A DNA stretch of 64,000 nt from an uncultured Chloroflexia bacterium. GTDB taxonomy: Bacteria > Chloroflexota > Dehalococcoidia > UBA2979. The translations under genes and the position numbers were made by a program. The DNA lies in contig CAVSIV010000006.1 in NCBI GenBank assembly GCA_963728205.1, positions 1,408,001 to 1,472,000 of the forward strand, given 5' to 3'. Under the pieces are notes generated by a model. It made no database searches and was not told the DNA's origin. It saw only the letters and a program-made list of their open reading frames with translations. Positions 47,572 through 57,014 of this stretch are shown piece after piece. Every line of letters begins with the position of its first letter. Position 1 is the stretch's first letter.

Positions 47572-48579
47572 CTAGGCAGCGTCGGTCGCCGGCGGCCGGC
47601 GGCGCGACAGGGGCGCGACCGGGCTGTCGGGCGCGATGTCCGTCATCCCGCCGAGCGTGAGCACGAACTCGCGGATCAGCTCCGGGGAGAAGCGCCCGTC
47701 CATCCGGTGCCGCATGTTGTAGAGCGCGGCGAACGGCCCGGCCGGCGTGTGCGCGCGACGCTGGCTCGTCATCGAGTCGAACACGTCCGCGAGCTGCACG
47801 ATCTGCACGGGCAGCGACAGTCGTCCGCTCTCACCGGACCCGTGGTGGTTGCGCACGATGTCAAGCACGATCGGGTCGTCGATACCGGCCTGCTCGAGCG
47901 ACGTCGCGCCGCGCCGCGGGTGGCGTGCCAGGAAGTGTCGCTCGAGGTCCGTCCGCAGGTCGTCGGGCTTCGTCAGCAGCGTCGGCTCGACGGCGGCGAG
48001 GCCGACGTCGTGGATCAGCGCGCCGATGCCAATCGCCGAGAGGTCCTTGTCGGTGAACTCGTCGCGCCGCGCGGCGAGCACGATCGCGTAGGCGGCGACG
48101 TTCGATGAGTGCGTGAAGAGCTGCTCGTGCTCCTCGGCGAAGCGGACGACGCCCGAGAGGATGGAGCTGTCGTTCGCGATGGTGTCGGAGAGTACGTCCG
48201 ACACGCCGCGCAGTCGGTCGAGGTCGCCCGGCGACTCGATGCGCGCGAGCGACTGCCGCAGCGTGGCGCGGGTGGCGTCGCGCAGGTAGCGCGCCTTCTC
48301 CTGCGGCGTGCGCGCGGCGCGCACGGCGTCGCCGACATGCGCGGCGACGTACGCCTCCAGCTGGTCGGCCTGCGCCGACGAGACGTAGAGCGTCTCGATC
48401 TCGCGGTGCTTGAGCTTCTCGAGGGATTCGCCGTCGACCGACTCGTTGCCGGACCGGTACAGCACGTACCGGCCACCCACGTGGAGGTAGAGGTGGACGC
48501 CGGTGACGGCATCGGGGCTGATGAACTGCCGGGGGATCCCGATGTAATCGGGGCTCTCCCCATCGACGTCCGGCGTCAT
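47572..48579 (-). CDS. HD-GYP-like protein with degenerate GYP loop
   Basis: THSSNVA, ALIHDVG, RHP and IVQLADVFDSMTS motifs. HHGSGESG replaces HHERxDGxGYP. Confidence 0.8.
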   Translation of the reverse strand: MTPDVDGESPDYIGIPRQFISPDAVTGVHLYLHVGGRYVLYRSGNESVDGESLEKLKHREIETLYVSSAQADQLEAYVAAHVGDAVRAARTPQEKARYLRDATRATLRQSLARIESPGDLDRLRGVSDVLSDTIANDSSILSGVVRFAEEHEQLFTHSSNVAAYAIVLAARRDEFTDKDLSAIGIGALIHDVGLAAVEPTLLTKPDDLRTDLERHFLARHPRRGATSLEQAGIDDPIVLDIVRNHHGSGESGRLSLPVQIVQLADVFDSMTSQRRAHTPAGPFAALYNMRHRMDGRFSPELIREFVLTLGGMTDIAPDSPVAPLSRRRPPATDAA

Positions 48580-48834
48580 CCCACGTCGCTCCTGCGCGCT
48601 CGGCGTGCTTCGGCCACTCGCTCGGGAGTCGCTGACCGGATCATCGGTCGGCGCCGTGGGACTCGACAGGGTTCGCACCGATGGGTGTGCGTGTCGGGCG
48701 CCGCGGTGCGTGGGCGGACGTGCGGGCATGTGGGATTCCGCGTGCGGATCTAGGGACTTCACCTGATAGGGCGCCGGCGAGGCCGTCCGTAGCATCCCGA
48801 ACTAGCAACGCAGGTGCCCAGCGAGGTTCCCACC

Positions 48835-49062
48835 ATGTCCGACCCGCGACCCGAGCTCCGCGTCGTCGACGACGCAGTTCCGCACTGTGTTCACCACTGG
48901 GTGCTCGGCGAGCCGGTCAGCGGCGTGATCCTCGGCCGCTGCAGGCGCTGCGGTGCCAACCGGACCTACCCCGCGGTCCCCGAGTCGGGGCAGCGGTTCG
49001 ACGACTACCGCGAGCTGACGTCCACCGACGCCTACTACAGCGGCGACCGCCGATCGGCCTAG
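48835..49062 (+). CDS. Small Zn-binding protein (CxHHW...CxxC)
   Basis: CVHHWVLG...GRCRRCGANRTY; GAGG RBS. Confidence 0.65.
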   Translation: MSDPRPELRVVDDAVPHCVHHWVLGEPVSGVILGRCRRCGANRTYPAVPESGQRFDDYRELTSTDAYYSGDRRSA

Positions 49063-49171
49063 CGCATCCCCAGCGCCGACGGGCATCCGCGGGGCCACGC
49101 GCGGGACGTTCGGCGCTGGCCATCTGTAATGAGAGGCCGTAGCGTAGACGGCCGGTGACAGGGAGCATCCG

Positions 49172-49942
49172 ATGACGTTCGACCGCAACCGCGACGAAGC
49201 CCCGCTCACGCGCACGCGCCCGGCGCGTGGCTCGGCGCAGCGGATCCGACTGGTCGTCGCCGACGATCACGCGCTGCTCCGCCAGGCGTTGCGGGTGCTG
49301 CTCGAGTCCCAGCCGGGCCTCGAGGTGGTCGGCGAGGCGACGAACGGGCGCGACGCCGTCGACACCGCCGAGCGGCTGCTCCCGGACGTCGTACTGATGG
49401 ACATGGTGATGCCGGGCCTCAACGGCATCGACGCCACACGCCAGATCCTCAAGCGCGCCCCCAGCACGCGTGTCCTCATCCTGACCGCGTACCTCGAGGA
49501 CGAGCGGCTGCTCCAGGCGCTTCGCGCCGGGGCATCCGGATACGTCGTGAAGAACTCCGACCTCGAGGAGCTCCTGCTCGCGATCCAGTCGGTGTTCCGC
49601 GGCAACACCTATTTCTCGGCGACGGTGTCGGCCGAGATCTCGGTCAACGAGGTGATGCTCCAGGCGAAGCAGGCCGATGGCCGCACCGGCTATGACCTGC
49701 TCACGAACCGCGAGCGAGAGGTGCTGCAGCTGATCGCGGAGGGCCTCTCGAACCAGGCCATCGGCGAGGAGCTGGTGATCTCGGTGAAGACGGTCGAGGC
49801 GCATCGCGCGCACATCATGACCAAGCTCCACGCGAAGAACCGCACGGACCTGATTCGCTACGCGCTGAAGCGCGGCCTGGTCGGGCTGGAGAGCGCCGAT
49901 GCCGGGCCGGCCAGCGGCGACACAGGGCTGCGGGCAGGCTGA
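49172..49942 (+). CDS. NarL/LuxR-family response regulator (DegU-like)
   Basis: ADDH, DVVLMD, GYVVK and LTNREREVLQLIAEG...ISVKTVEAHR motifs. Confidence 0.95.
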   Translation: MTFDRNRDEAPLTRTRPARGSAQRIRLVVADDHALLRQALRVLLESQPGLEVVGEATNGRDAVDTAERLLPDVVLMDMVMPGLNGIDATRQILKRAPSTRVLILTAYLEDERLLQALRAGASGYVVKNSDLEELLLAIQSVFRGNTYFSATVSAEISVNEVMLQAKQADGRTGYDLLTNREREVLQLIAEGLSNQAIGEELVISVKTVEAHRAHIMTKLHAKNRTDLIRYALKRGLVGLESADAGPASGDTGLRAG

Positions 49943-49959
49943 TGCGCTTCGCGTTAGAG

Positions 49960-49987
49960 TAAAGGCCGGCGGCACCCGCGCCGTCTT
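49960..49987 (+). promoter_or_regulatory. Possible sigma28 (FliA) promoter of the CheY-like gene
   Basis: TAAA-N16-GCCGTCTT versus the TAAA-N15/16-GCCGATAA consensus. Confidence 0.3.
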
Positions 49988-50034
49988 CCACTGGTGAGGG
50001 ATCGGCGCTCCCCACGCTCTTCCGATCCGGCACG

Positions 50035-50466
50035 ATGGGTCGCACGGTGGCCGGACCAGCGATCTCAACTGCAGACACGTCTCCTGCGCCGACCGCGGAG
50101 ACGCCCGTGGTCCTCGTCGCCGAAGACGAGGAGAGCGTGCGCTCGATGGTCGCCCTCGTCCTGCGCAGTCGCGGCTACCACACGCTGCTCTGCGCCGACG
50201 GCCGTGAGGCGCTCGACCGCATCGACGCCGGCGATCACATCGACGCCGTGCTCATGGACATTCGCATGCCGCGCCTCGGCGGCATCGAGCTCGTCACCCA
50301 CATCCGCCGCCGCCCCGAGCTGCGCTCGCTGCCGGTGATCGCGATGTCCGCCTACAACGACCAGGTGCAGGAGCGCGAAGTGATCGCTGCCGGCGCGAAC
50401 GCGTTCCTGGCGAAGCCGTTCACGGTCGACGACCTGACGGCCGCGCTGGCCGCGCTGCTCCGCTAG
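50035..50466 (+). CDS. Single-domain CheY-like response regulator
   Basis: AEDE, LMDIRMP, MSA and FLAKPF. All phosphorylation residues present; no output domain. Confidence 0.9.
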   Translation: MGRTVAGPAISTADTSPAPTAETPVVLVAEDEESVRSMVALVLRSRGYHTLLCADGREALDRIDAGDHIDAVLMDIRMPRLGGIELVTHIRRRPELRSLPVIAMSAYNDQVQEREVIAAGANAFLAKPFTVDDLTAALAALLR

Positions 50467-50476
50467 ACCCACCCCG

Positions 50477-50555
50477 CCGACCACAGCGGCGGCAGACATG
50501 CCGCCGACACCGCGCGGACGCCAGCCGAGCGCCGGCATGTCTGCCGCCGCTGTCG
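50477..50555. repeat. Inverted REP doublet (family 1)
   Basis: ACCACAGCGGCGGCAGACATGCCGCCGAC ... GGCATGTCTGCCGCCGCTGT. Confidence 0.82.
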
Positions 50556-50738
50556 CCGGCGCTCCCCGCGCCTGCGCCAGCGCGACCCCCGCAACCTCGG
50601 TACCACTCGCGCGCCGAGTCGGGGAGCGCGCCCCGGTCGCACCGGGCATTCCCTCATACGGAACACGGCGCGCCGGCCGAACAATGGCCTCCGACGAATC
50701 GCGGCGCATGCCGCGCGCCCTCGGTCGGAGGTGCTGTC

Positions 50739-50960
50739 TTGATCCGTGTCACACGCCTCGACCAGAGCGAGTTCTATCTCAACGCCGAGCTCATCCAGAG
50801 CGTCGAGAGTACCCCCGACACCCACATCGTCCTGTTCAACGGCCACTCCTACGTCGTGCGCGAGTCCGACGACGAGGTGGTGGACCGCATCATCCGCTAC
50901 CGCCGTTCCGTCTACGGCGGCGGCGCCCCGGCGCCCTTCCTGCGCGTGGTGGAGGGGTAG
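50739..50960 (+). CDS. flbD: Flagellar FlbD/SwrD family protein
   Basis: MIRVTRL...LNAELI..VE.TPDT.I.L.NG..YVVRE; immediately before motA. Confidence 0.92.
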   Translation: MIRVTRLDQSEFYLNAELIQSVESTPDTHIVLFNGHSYVVRESDDEVVDRIIRYRRSVYGGGAPAPFLRVVEG

Positions 50961-50969
50961 GCCCGGCTC

Positions 50970-51770
50970 ATGGACATCGCGACGCTCATCGGCCTGCTCG
51001 TCGCCGCCATCGGCGTCCTCGGCGGATTCACCGTCGAGGGCGGCGCGGTCACGATGCTGATCAACATCCCGGGCTTCATGATCGTCGTCATCGGCTCCCT
51101 CGGCGCCACCATCACCTCGTTCCCGCTCGGCCGCTTCCTCGGCATGCCGATGTCGTTCATCCGCGCCATCAAGGGCGGCGGCGGTGGCGACGCGAGCGCC
51201 ATGGCCGCGCACATCGTGGAGATGGCGGACAAGGCCCGCCGCGAGGGCCTGCTCGCCCTGGAGGAAGACTCGCAGTCCGTCGAGAACGAGTTCGCCAAGA
51301 AGGCGCTCATGCTCATGATCGACGGCACCGACCCCGAGGCCCTCAAGGCGATCATGGAGATCGAGATGGAGGGCGCGGCCACCCGCGAGTCGGAGGCCGC
51401 CGAGATCTTCAAGGTCGCGTCCGGCTACTCGCCGACCCTCGGCGTGCTCGGCGCCGTGATGGGCCTGATCCACGTGCTCTCGCAGCTGGGCGGCGACCCG
51501 GCCGAGCTCGGCAAGGGCATCGCCACCGCCTTCGTCGCCACCTTCTACGGCGTCGGCTTCGCCAACGTCGTGCTGCTGCCGATCTCGACCAAGCTCAAGG
51601 GCATCTCCGCCGAGGAGCAGGTGGTCCGCGAGATGATCCTCGAAGGCGTCCTCTCCATCCAGGCCGGCGACAACCCGCGCATCGTCAAGGAGAAGCTGCA
51701 GGGCTTCCTCAAGCCCGGCAACCGCCTCGCCGAGGAAGACGAAGGCGACGAGCGGCGGGCCGCGGCATGA
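50970..51770 (+). CDS. motA: Flagellar stator MotA
   Basis: ARREGLLALE, PTLGVLGAVMGLI, ATFYG and EGVLSIQAGDNPR motifs. Confidence 0.96.
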   Translation: MDIATLIGLLVAAIGVLGGFTVEGGAVTMLINIPGFMIVVIGSLGATITSFPLGRFLGMPMSFIRAIKGGGGGDASAMAAHIVEMADKARREGLLALEEDSQSVENEFAKKALMLMIDGTDPEALKAIMEIEMEGAATRESEAAEIFKVASGYSPTLGVLGAVMGLIHVLSQLGGDPAELGKGIATAFVATFYGVGFANVVLLPISTKLKGISAEEQVVREMILEGVLSIQAGDNPRIVKEKLQGFLKPGNRLAEEDEGDERRAAA

Positions 51771-52630
51771 GTCGAAAGCGCGGCGGCGAGGATCACGGCA
51801 GCGAGGCGGACGAGCGCTGGGTCATCTCCTACGCCGACCTGGTGACGCTGCTCTTCGGCTTCTTCCTGCTGCTCTACGCGACCGCGGACGCGAACGTCGT
51901 GAAGTTCCAGGAGCTCTCCAAGGGCCTTGCCGAGGCGTTCCACGTGCCGGTCAAGTCGGCCGAAGCGGGCGGCGGCATCTTCTCCGGCGGCAACGGCATC
52001 GTGCCCGGCGGCAGCGTCGCGCTGCAGATGAACAACGACCTCCAGCAGATCCGCCAGCTCGTCGACCAGCAGGCCGCGGCGGCCGGCCTGAGCGGCCAGA
52101 TCCTCGTGAACCGGGAATCCGATCACATCGTGATCCGGATGGCCGACCAGCTCATCTTCGACTCCGCCAGCGCCGACCTGCGGCCGGACGCGCAGCCGCT
52201 CCTCGACATCGTCGCGAACGCGATCCGCGACCTGCCGAACCAGATCCGCGTCGAGGGCCACACGGACAACGTGCCGGTGGGCACGACGAAGTACCCGACG
52301 AACTGGGAGCTGTCGTCGGCGCGCGCGGTGGCCGTGCTCCGCTACCTGGTCGAGCACGCCGGCGTCCGCGCGTCGGACATCTTCGCCGCCGGCTACGGCG
52401 CCGAGCAGCCCATCGCCAGCAACCTCACGCCCGAGGGCCGCGCGCTGAACCGGCGCGCAGACATCGTGGTCCTCTATCCCGCCGCCACCATCCCGACGAC
52501 CGGCGCCACGCCGGGCGCGGCGACGACGCCCGTGAGCGTGGCGCCGGACCTCGGGAGCCCGGCGACGGACACGGCGCCGACGGCGACGTCCGGCGCGACG
52601 AGCCAGCAGCAGCAGGGGGCATCCCAATGA
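51767..52630 (+). CDS. motB: Flagellar stator MotB
   Basis: ERWVISYADLVTLL and OmpA-like VEGHTD...NWELSSARA...NRR. Confidence 0.96.
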   Translation: MSRKRGGEDHGSEADERWVISYADLVTLLFGFFLLLYATADANVVKFQELSKGLAEAFHVPVKSAEAGGGIFSGGNGIVPGGSVALQMNNDLQQIRQLVDQQAAAAGLSGQILVNRESDHIVIRMADQLIFDSASADLRPDAQPLLDIVANAIRDLPNQIRVEGHTDNVPVGTTKYPTNWELSSARAVAVLRYLVEHAGVRASDIFAAGYGAEQPIASNLTPEGRALNRRADIVVLYPAATIPTTGATPGAATTPVSVAPDLGSPATDTAPTATSGATSQQQQGASQ

Positions 52631-53256
52631 TGAAGCAGCCAGCCGTCCTCGCGGCGGTCGGCGCCGTGGCCGGCGTCGTCGTCGCGCTCGCGCTGTTCAT
52701 GTTCGTCCTCGGCGGCGGCAAGCAGGCTGCGGCCGGCCCGATCGCGCAGCCGACCGTCGTCGCCGTCCCGGGGAAGATCGGCCCGCACATCACGCTGGCC
52801 GACCGCATCTTCAACCTGCAGAGCAAGACACCCGCCTACCTGAAGCTGCAGACCGTGGTCGAGTTCGAGACCACCGACGCGCGCTGGGCCGCGGCGCTGA
52901 CCGGCTGCGCCGGCGTGCTGCCGGCCGGCGCCGCCGAGGCGCTGTACGTCTCCGCCGACCCCGCGCTCGTCGGTGGCCGCACCGCGGCCGTCGGTCCGCG
53001 GAGCGGCAGCGCCGCATCGAGCCCGTGCGAGGTGCAGCAGCAGACGCTCGAGGACGAGTTCACCGCGCACATCGGCAACGGCGCGCAGCTGATGGAGGAC
53101 GCCGTCACGACAATCGTCACCGCGAAGACGCCCGACGAGATCTCGACCCCCGCCGGCAAGGAGGCGCTGAAGGCCGAGATCCAGGCCGCGGTCCAGAAGC
53201 TGCTCCCGGACGAGCACGTGAAGCGCGTGCTGTTCGTGGACTTCATCACCCAGTAG
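52627..53256 (+). CDS. fliL: Flagellar basal-body protein FliL
   Basis: N-terminal TM, IFNL...YLK, GKEALKAEI and VLFVDFITQ end. Confidence 0.88.
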   Translation: MMKQPAVLAAVGAVAGVVVALALFMFVLGGGKQAAAGPIAQPTVVAVPGKIGPHITLADRIFNLQSKTPAYLKLQTVVEFETTDARWAAALTGCAGVLPAGAAEALYVSADPALVGGRTAAVGPRSGSAASSPCEVQQQTLEDEFTAHIGNGAQLMEDAVTTIVTAKTPDEISTPAGKEALKAEIQAAVQKLLPDEHVKRVLFVDFITQ

Positions 53257-53296
53257 ACGCGCTGAGAACGCTCCCCGAGGGGACGGATGCGACGAG

Positions 53297-54463
53297 ATGG
53301 CTGAGAACCGGGCGCTGGCGCAGTGGGAGATCGACGCGCTGCTCGACCAGGTCCCGGCCGCCGAGACGGCGGCCGAGACCGCGTCGCGCGACGGCGGCGG
53401 CACTCCCGGCCGCAGCGACCGGCCGCAGCGCCGCGGCATCCGCTACTACGACTTCCGCCGGCCCGACAAGTTCTCGCGCGAGCAGTGGGCCACGCTCCAC
53501 TCCATGCACGAGACCTTCGCGCGCATCATCGGCGCGTCGTTCTCGTCGCGCCTGCGCACGCTCGTCACGGTGCGGCTCTCCAGCCTCGACCAGGGCCTCT
53601 ACGAGGAGTGGCAGGCGCAGGTCCCGAGCCCGACGACCTGCTACGTCCTCTCGCTCGCGCCGCTGTCCGGCAACGTCGTCGTCGAGTTCAACAGCGACGT
53701 CGCCAGCGAGGTCGTCGACCGCCTGCTCGGCGGCACCGGCCTGCTGATCGACCGCGCGCGCGACATGTCCGAGGTGGAGACGGCGCTGCTGCGCTCCTTC
53801 TCGAACGTGCTGCGGCAGACGCTCGAGGAGACGTGGAGCGCGGTCGTGCGCGTCGCGCCGGAGCTGCAGGATCTCGGCTTCGACGCCGGCCTGATCCAGG
53901 TGGCGGCGCCGACGGACGTCGTGCTCACGGCGTTCTTCGAGGTGAACATCGGCAACCACCTGGGCGCGATGTCGGTGTGCATCCCCTACACGGTCATTGA
54001 GCCGGTGGCCGCCGACCTTTCGACGCAGATCTGGTTCCAGTCGGGCCGGCACGGGCCGCCGAGCGTCGAGGAGCGCCAGCTCATGGAGGCGCTCCTCGGG
54101 CGAGCGGCGCTCGACATGCACGTCGTGCTCGGCGAAACCGATCTGCCGACGTCCACCATCATCGACATGGAGGAGGGCGACACGATCGTCCTCAACACGC
54201 GGCCCGGCAGGCCGCTCGACATCATGATCGGCGAGCACGCGCGCTACCGCGGGCTCCCCGGCATGGTGAGCAACCGGATGGCCATCGAGATCGTCGAGGC
54301 CGTCGAACCCAATCCCCTTCCCGCCGCGCCGCCCAGCTGGCAGCCGACCCCGGCCGCCGCGCGACGCCGTCGTGACAACCAGCGCGGCCGCGTCCCGCTC
54401 GCGGGCGGCGGCGACGCCCCCGCCGGCGCGGGCGACGACGCCGGTGCGAGCACGTCCGAGTAG
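53297..54463 (+). CDS. fliM: Flagellar motor switch protein FliM
   Basis: LAQWEIDALL, YDFRRPDKFSREQ, DRLLGG and CIPY motifs; SpoA-like C-terminus. Confidence 0.95.
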   Translation: MAENRALAQWEIDALLDQVPAAETAAETASRDGGGTPGRSDRPQRRGIRYYDFRRPDKFSREQWATLHSMHETFARIIGASFSSRLRTLVTVRLSSLDQGLYEEWQAQVPSPTTCYVLSLAPLSGNVVVEFNSDVASEVVDRLLGGTGLLIDRARDMSEVETALLRSFSNVLRQTLEETWSAVVRVAPELQDLGFDAGLIQVAAPTDVVLTAFFEVNIGNHLGAMSVCIPYTVIEPVAADLSTQIWFQSGRHGPPSVEERQLMEALLGRAALDMHVVLGETDLPTSTIIDMEEGDTIVLNTRPGRPLDIMIGEHARYRGLPGMVSNRMAIEIVEAVEPNPLPAAPPSWQPTPAAARRRRDNQRGRVPLAGGGDAPAGAGDDAGASTSE

Positions 54464-54472
54464 GAGCAGAAG

Positions 54473-56076
54473 ATGGCCGACGCGCAGACGCCCCCCGAGG
54501 ACGACCTCGACCCCACCGCGGGCGAGCCCGACGAGTCAGCGACCGGCGCGGAGGATGCCGCGCGCGCCGGCGGCGCGCCGGACGCCAACACGGACACGGA
54601 CACGGACGCCAACACGGACACGGACACGGACGCCAACACGGACACGGACGCCGACGCGGGTGCGGCGGGCGGCGCCGGCGAGCTCGACGAGCTGGGCGAC
54701 CTGGACGCGATCGCGAACCTCGACGCCTCGCCGGCGGCGGCGGCGCCCGCTCCGGCCGCAGCCGCGGAGGCCGCCGCCGCGACCGGCGACCCGTTCGACG
54801 GCGATCTCGACGACATCGACGCGGACGAGGCGGCCGTCGCGGCCGCCGCGCCGGCCGCCGCGCGCCCGCGCCCGCGCCCGCCGCCGTTCCCGCGACGCCG
54901 CAGGTCGCCCCCGAGGCGCTCGAGCCCGTGCTCGGCGCCGCTGCCGTCCCCGTCGCGCGATTCGGCGCGCGCGCCGCGGAGGTGCTGCAGGTCGGCGCCG
55001 AGAGCGTCGGCGGGCGCCGCGCGTCCGTGGTCGTGACGCGCGCGGAGGTTGCCGACTACGCCGTGCTCGAGGAGGAGTTCGCGGCGAGCCCGCACCTCGG
55101 GCTCGAGCTGAAGTTCGCGTTCTCCGACGTTGACGGCGTTGGGTTCGGGGCGGTGCTCCCGCTGAGCGACGTCGGACGCCTGCTCGCGATCGAGACGTCA
55201 CCCGGCAGGATGTCCGATCCGGCGTTCCGCGACGGCCAGCTCGAGACGATCTCCACCGCGGCCCGCGAGCTGCTCGACCTGATGAGCCTCGCGCTGTTCA
55301 CCGACGAGCTGTCGGGCGCGGAGACCACGCTCGTCGACCGCAGCTTCAACGATGCCGGCACCACGCTCGCGCACGTCGCCGACACGGGCGAGCGCACGAT
55401 TCCCGTCCGCGTCGATCTCCAGCTGTCGCTCGAAGGCGAGCGCGCGCCCGTCCGCTGCACGCTGGTGCTGCCGACGATGCTGCTGCACCGGCTGGCCGGC
55501 GTGCTGGCGCCGGGCGTCGCGCTGCCCGGCAACGTCGCCGAGAACGACCACTTCGGTGACCCGCTCGAGGAGCCGCCGCCGGAACCGATGCCGCTCCGCC
55601 GTCGCTCGGCGTCGGGCTCGCCCCGCGTCGACACGTACGACGCGCCGCCCGCCGCATCCGCCGCGCCGGACCGGGCCTTCGGCCTCGACTACGAGCCAGA
55701 CAACGTCTCCCCCATCCGCCAGGCCGCGTCCCGCGGCCGGGGCGGCGACGACGTGGAGGTCCACCCCGTGCGCTTCCCGAGCCTGACGGAGTCCGTGGGA
55801 GGAGAGCGCAACCAGCGCTCGCTGGATCTGATCATGGACGTGCAGATGCGCGTCTCCGTCGAGCTCGGGCGGAGCTCGATGTCGGTCGAGGACATCCTGG
55901 CGCTGGGGCCGGGCTCGGTGGTGGAGCTGAACAAGCTCGCCGGCGAGCCGGTCGACATCCTCGTGAACGACCACCTGATTGCGCGCGGCGAGGTGGTGGT
56001 GGTCGACGAGAACTTCGGCGTGCGCGTCACCGAGATCGTCTCGGCGAACCGCCGGGCCTATGCGATGGGGCGCTAG
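54473..56076 (+). CDS. fliN: FliY/FliN-type switch protein with long acidic N-terminus; frameshift near 54861
   Basis: C-terminal LDLIMDVQMRVSVELGR...LNKLAGEPVDILVND..IARGEVVVVDENFGVRVTEI. The upstream ORF has an RBS and joins in the -1 frame within a GC-rich tract. Confidence 0.8.
54581..54652 (+). repeat. 24-bp coding tandem repeat (DANTDTDT, about x3)
   Basis: GACGCCAACACGGACACGGACACG repeated. Confidence 0.8.
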
Positions 56077-56077
56077 C

Positions 56078-57014
56078 GTGAAGCGAACGCCGCGCTCGCT
56101 CATCCCGGGTGCGCTCCGCGCGGTTCCGCCGAGTGCGCTCCGCGCGGGTGCGGGGCTGGCGAGCGGCGCCGGCGCCGCGCTGGCGCTGCGCGCCACCGCG
56201 TTCGCGCAGGCGGGTGCGCTCACCGGCGGCCACTCGGCGGGCGACATCGCGTCCTACGGCCTGGGCGACTGGCTCGGGCTGGGGCTGCGGCTGGGCGTCG
56301 TGCTCGGCGTGATCTGGGGCGCGTTCGTCCTGATGCGCTGGTACATGCGGCGCATGAACGGCGAGCGGCCCGGCGGGACGCCGCGCCAGGCTGCAGATCG
56401 TCGAGACGCGCGCGCTCGGGCCCAACCGGGCGCTGCACCTGGTGCGCATCGGCGGGCACGCGGTGCTGATCGGCGTGACGGCCGACCGCATCAACCAGCT
56501 CCTGCAGATCGACGACCCGGAGGAGGTGGACCGGCTGGCGCAGCTGCCGCCGGCCGACGAGGGGCGGTCGTTCCGCTCGCTCGCCGGCATGCTCTCCGGC
56601 ACGATGCTGCGCTCGGCCGCGCCCCGCGGTGCCGCGCGCGCCGGCGGGGCGCGTTCCGCGCCGTCGCTCGGTGCGCTGCTTGGCGGCGCGGGTGGCAGGC
56701 TCGCCGGCCTTGGCTGGCGGCTCGCCGGCGTGCCGCGCCCCGCGCTGCGCCCGGCGGCGGGTGCTCCGGGCGCGCCGCCGCGCCCGCGTAGCCCGTACGC
56801 CGGGGGCGCCGCCGCGCCCAGGCCCGCCCCCGCGCCCGCGCGTACCGGCGACGACGGATGGCTTGACGCCACGCCGCCGGCCGCGGCCGCGCTGCGGGCA
56901 CGCTCGGGCTACCGCGGCAGCCAGATCAACGACCTCCAGCGCGCGATCGCCCAGGCGCGCGCGGGCGTCAACTTCGACCGCTTCGAGCCGCCCGTCGAGC
57001 GGCGCGCGCGATGA
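56078..57014 (+). CDS. fliO: Flagellar biosynthesis protein FliO with C-terminal extension; frameshift near 56388
   Basis: TM helix, then after the shift LQIVETRALGPNRALHLVRIGGHAVLIGVTADRINQL (FliO signature). Lies between fliN and fliP. Confidence 0.8.
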
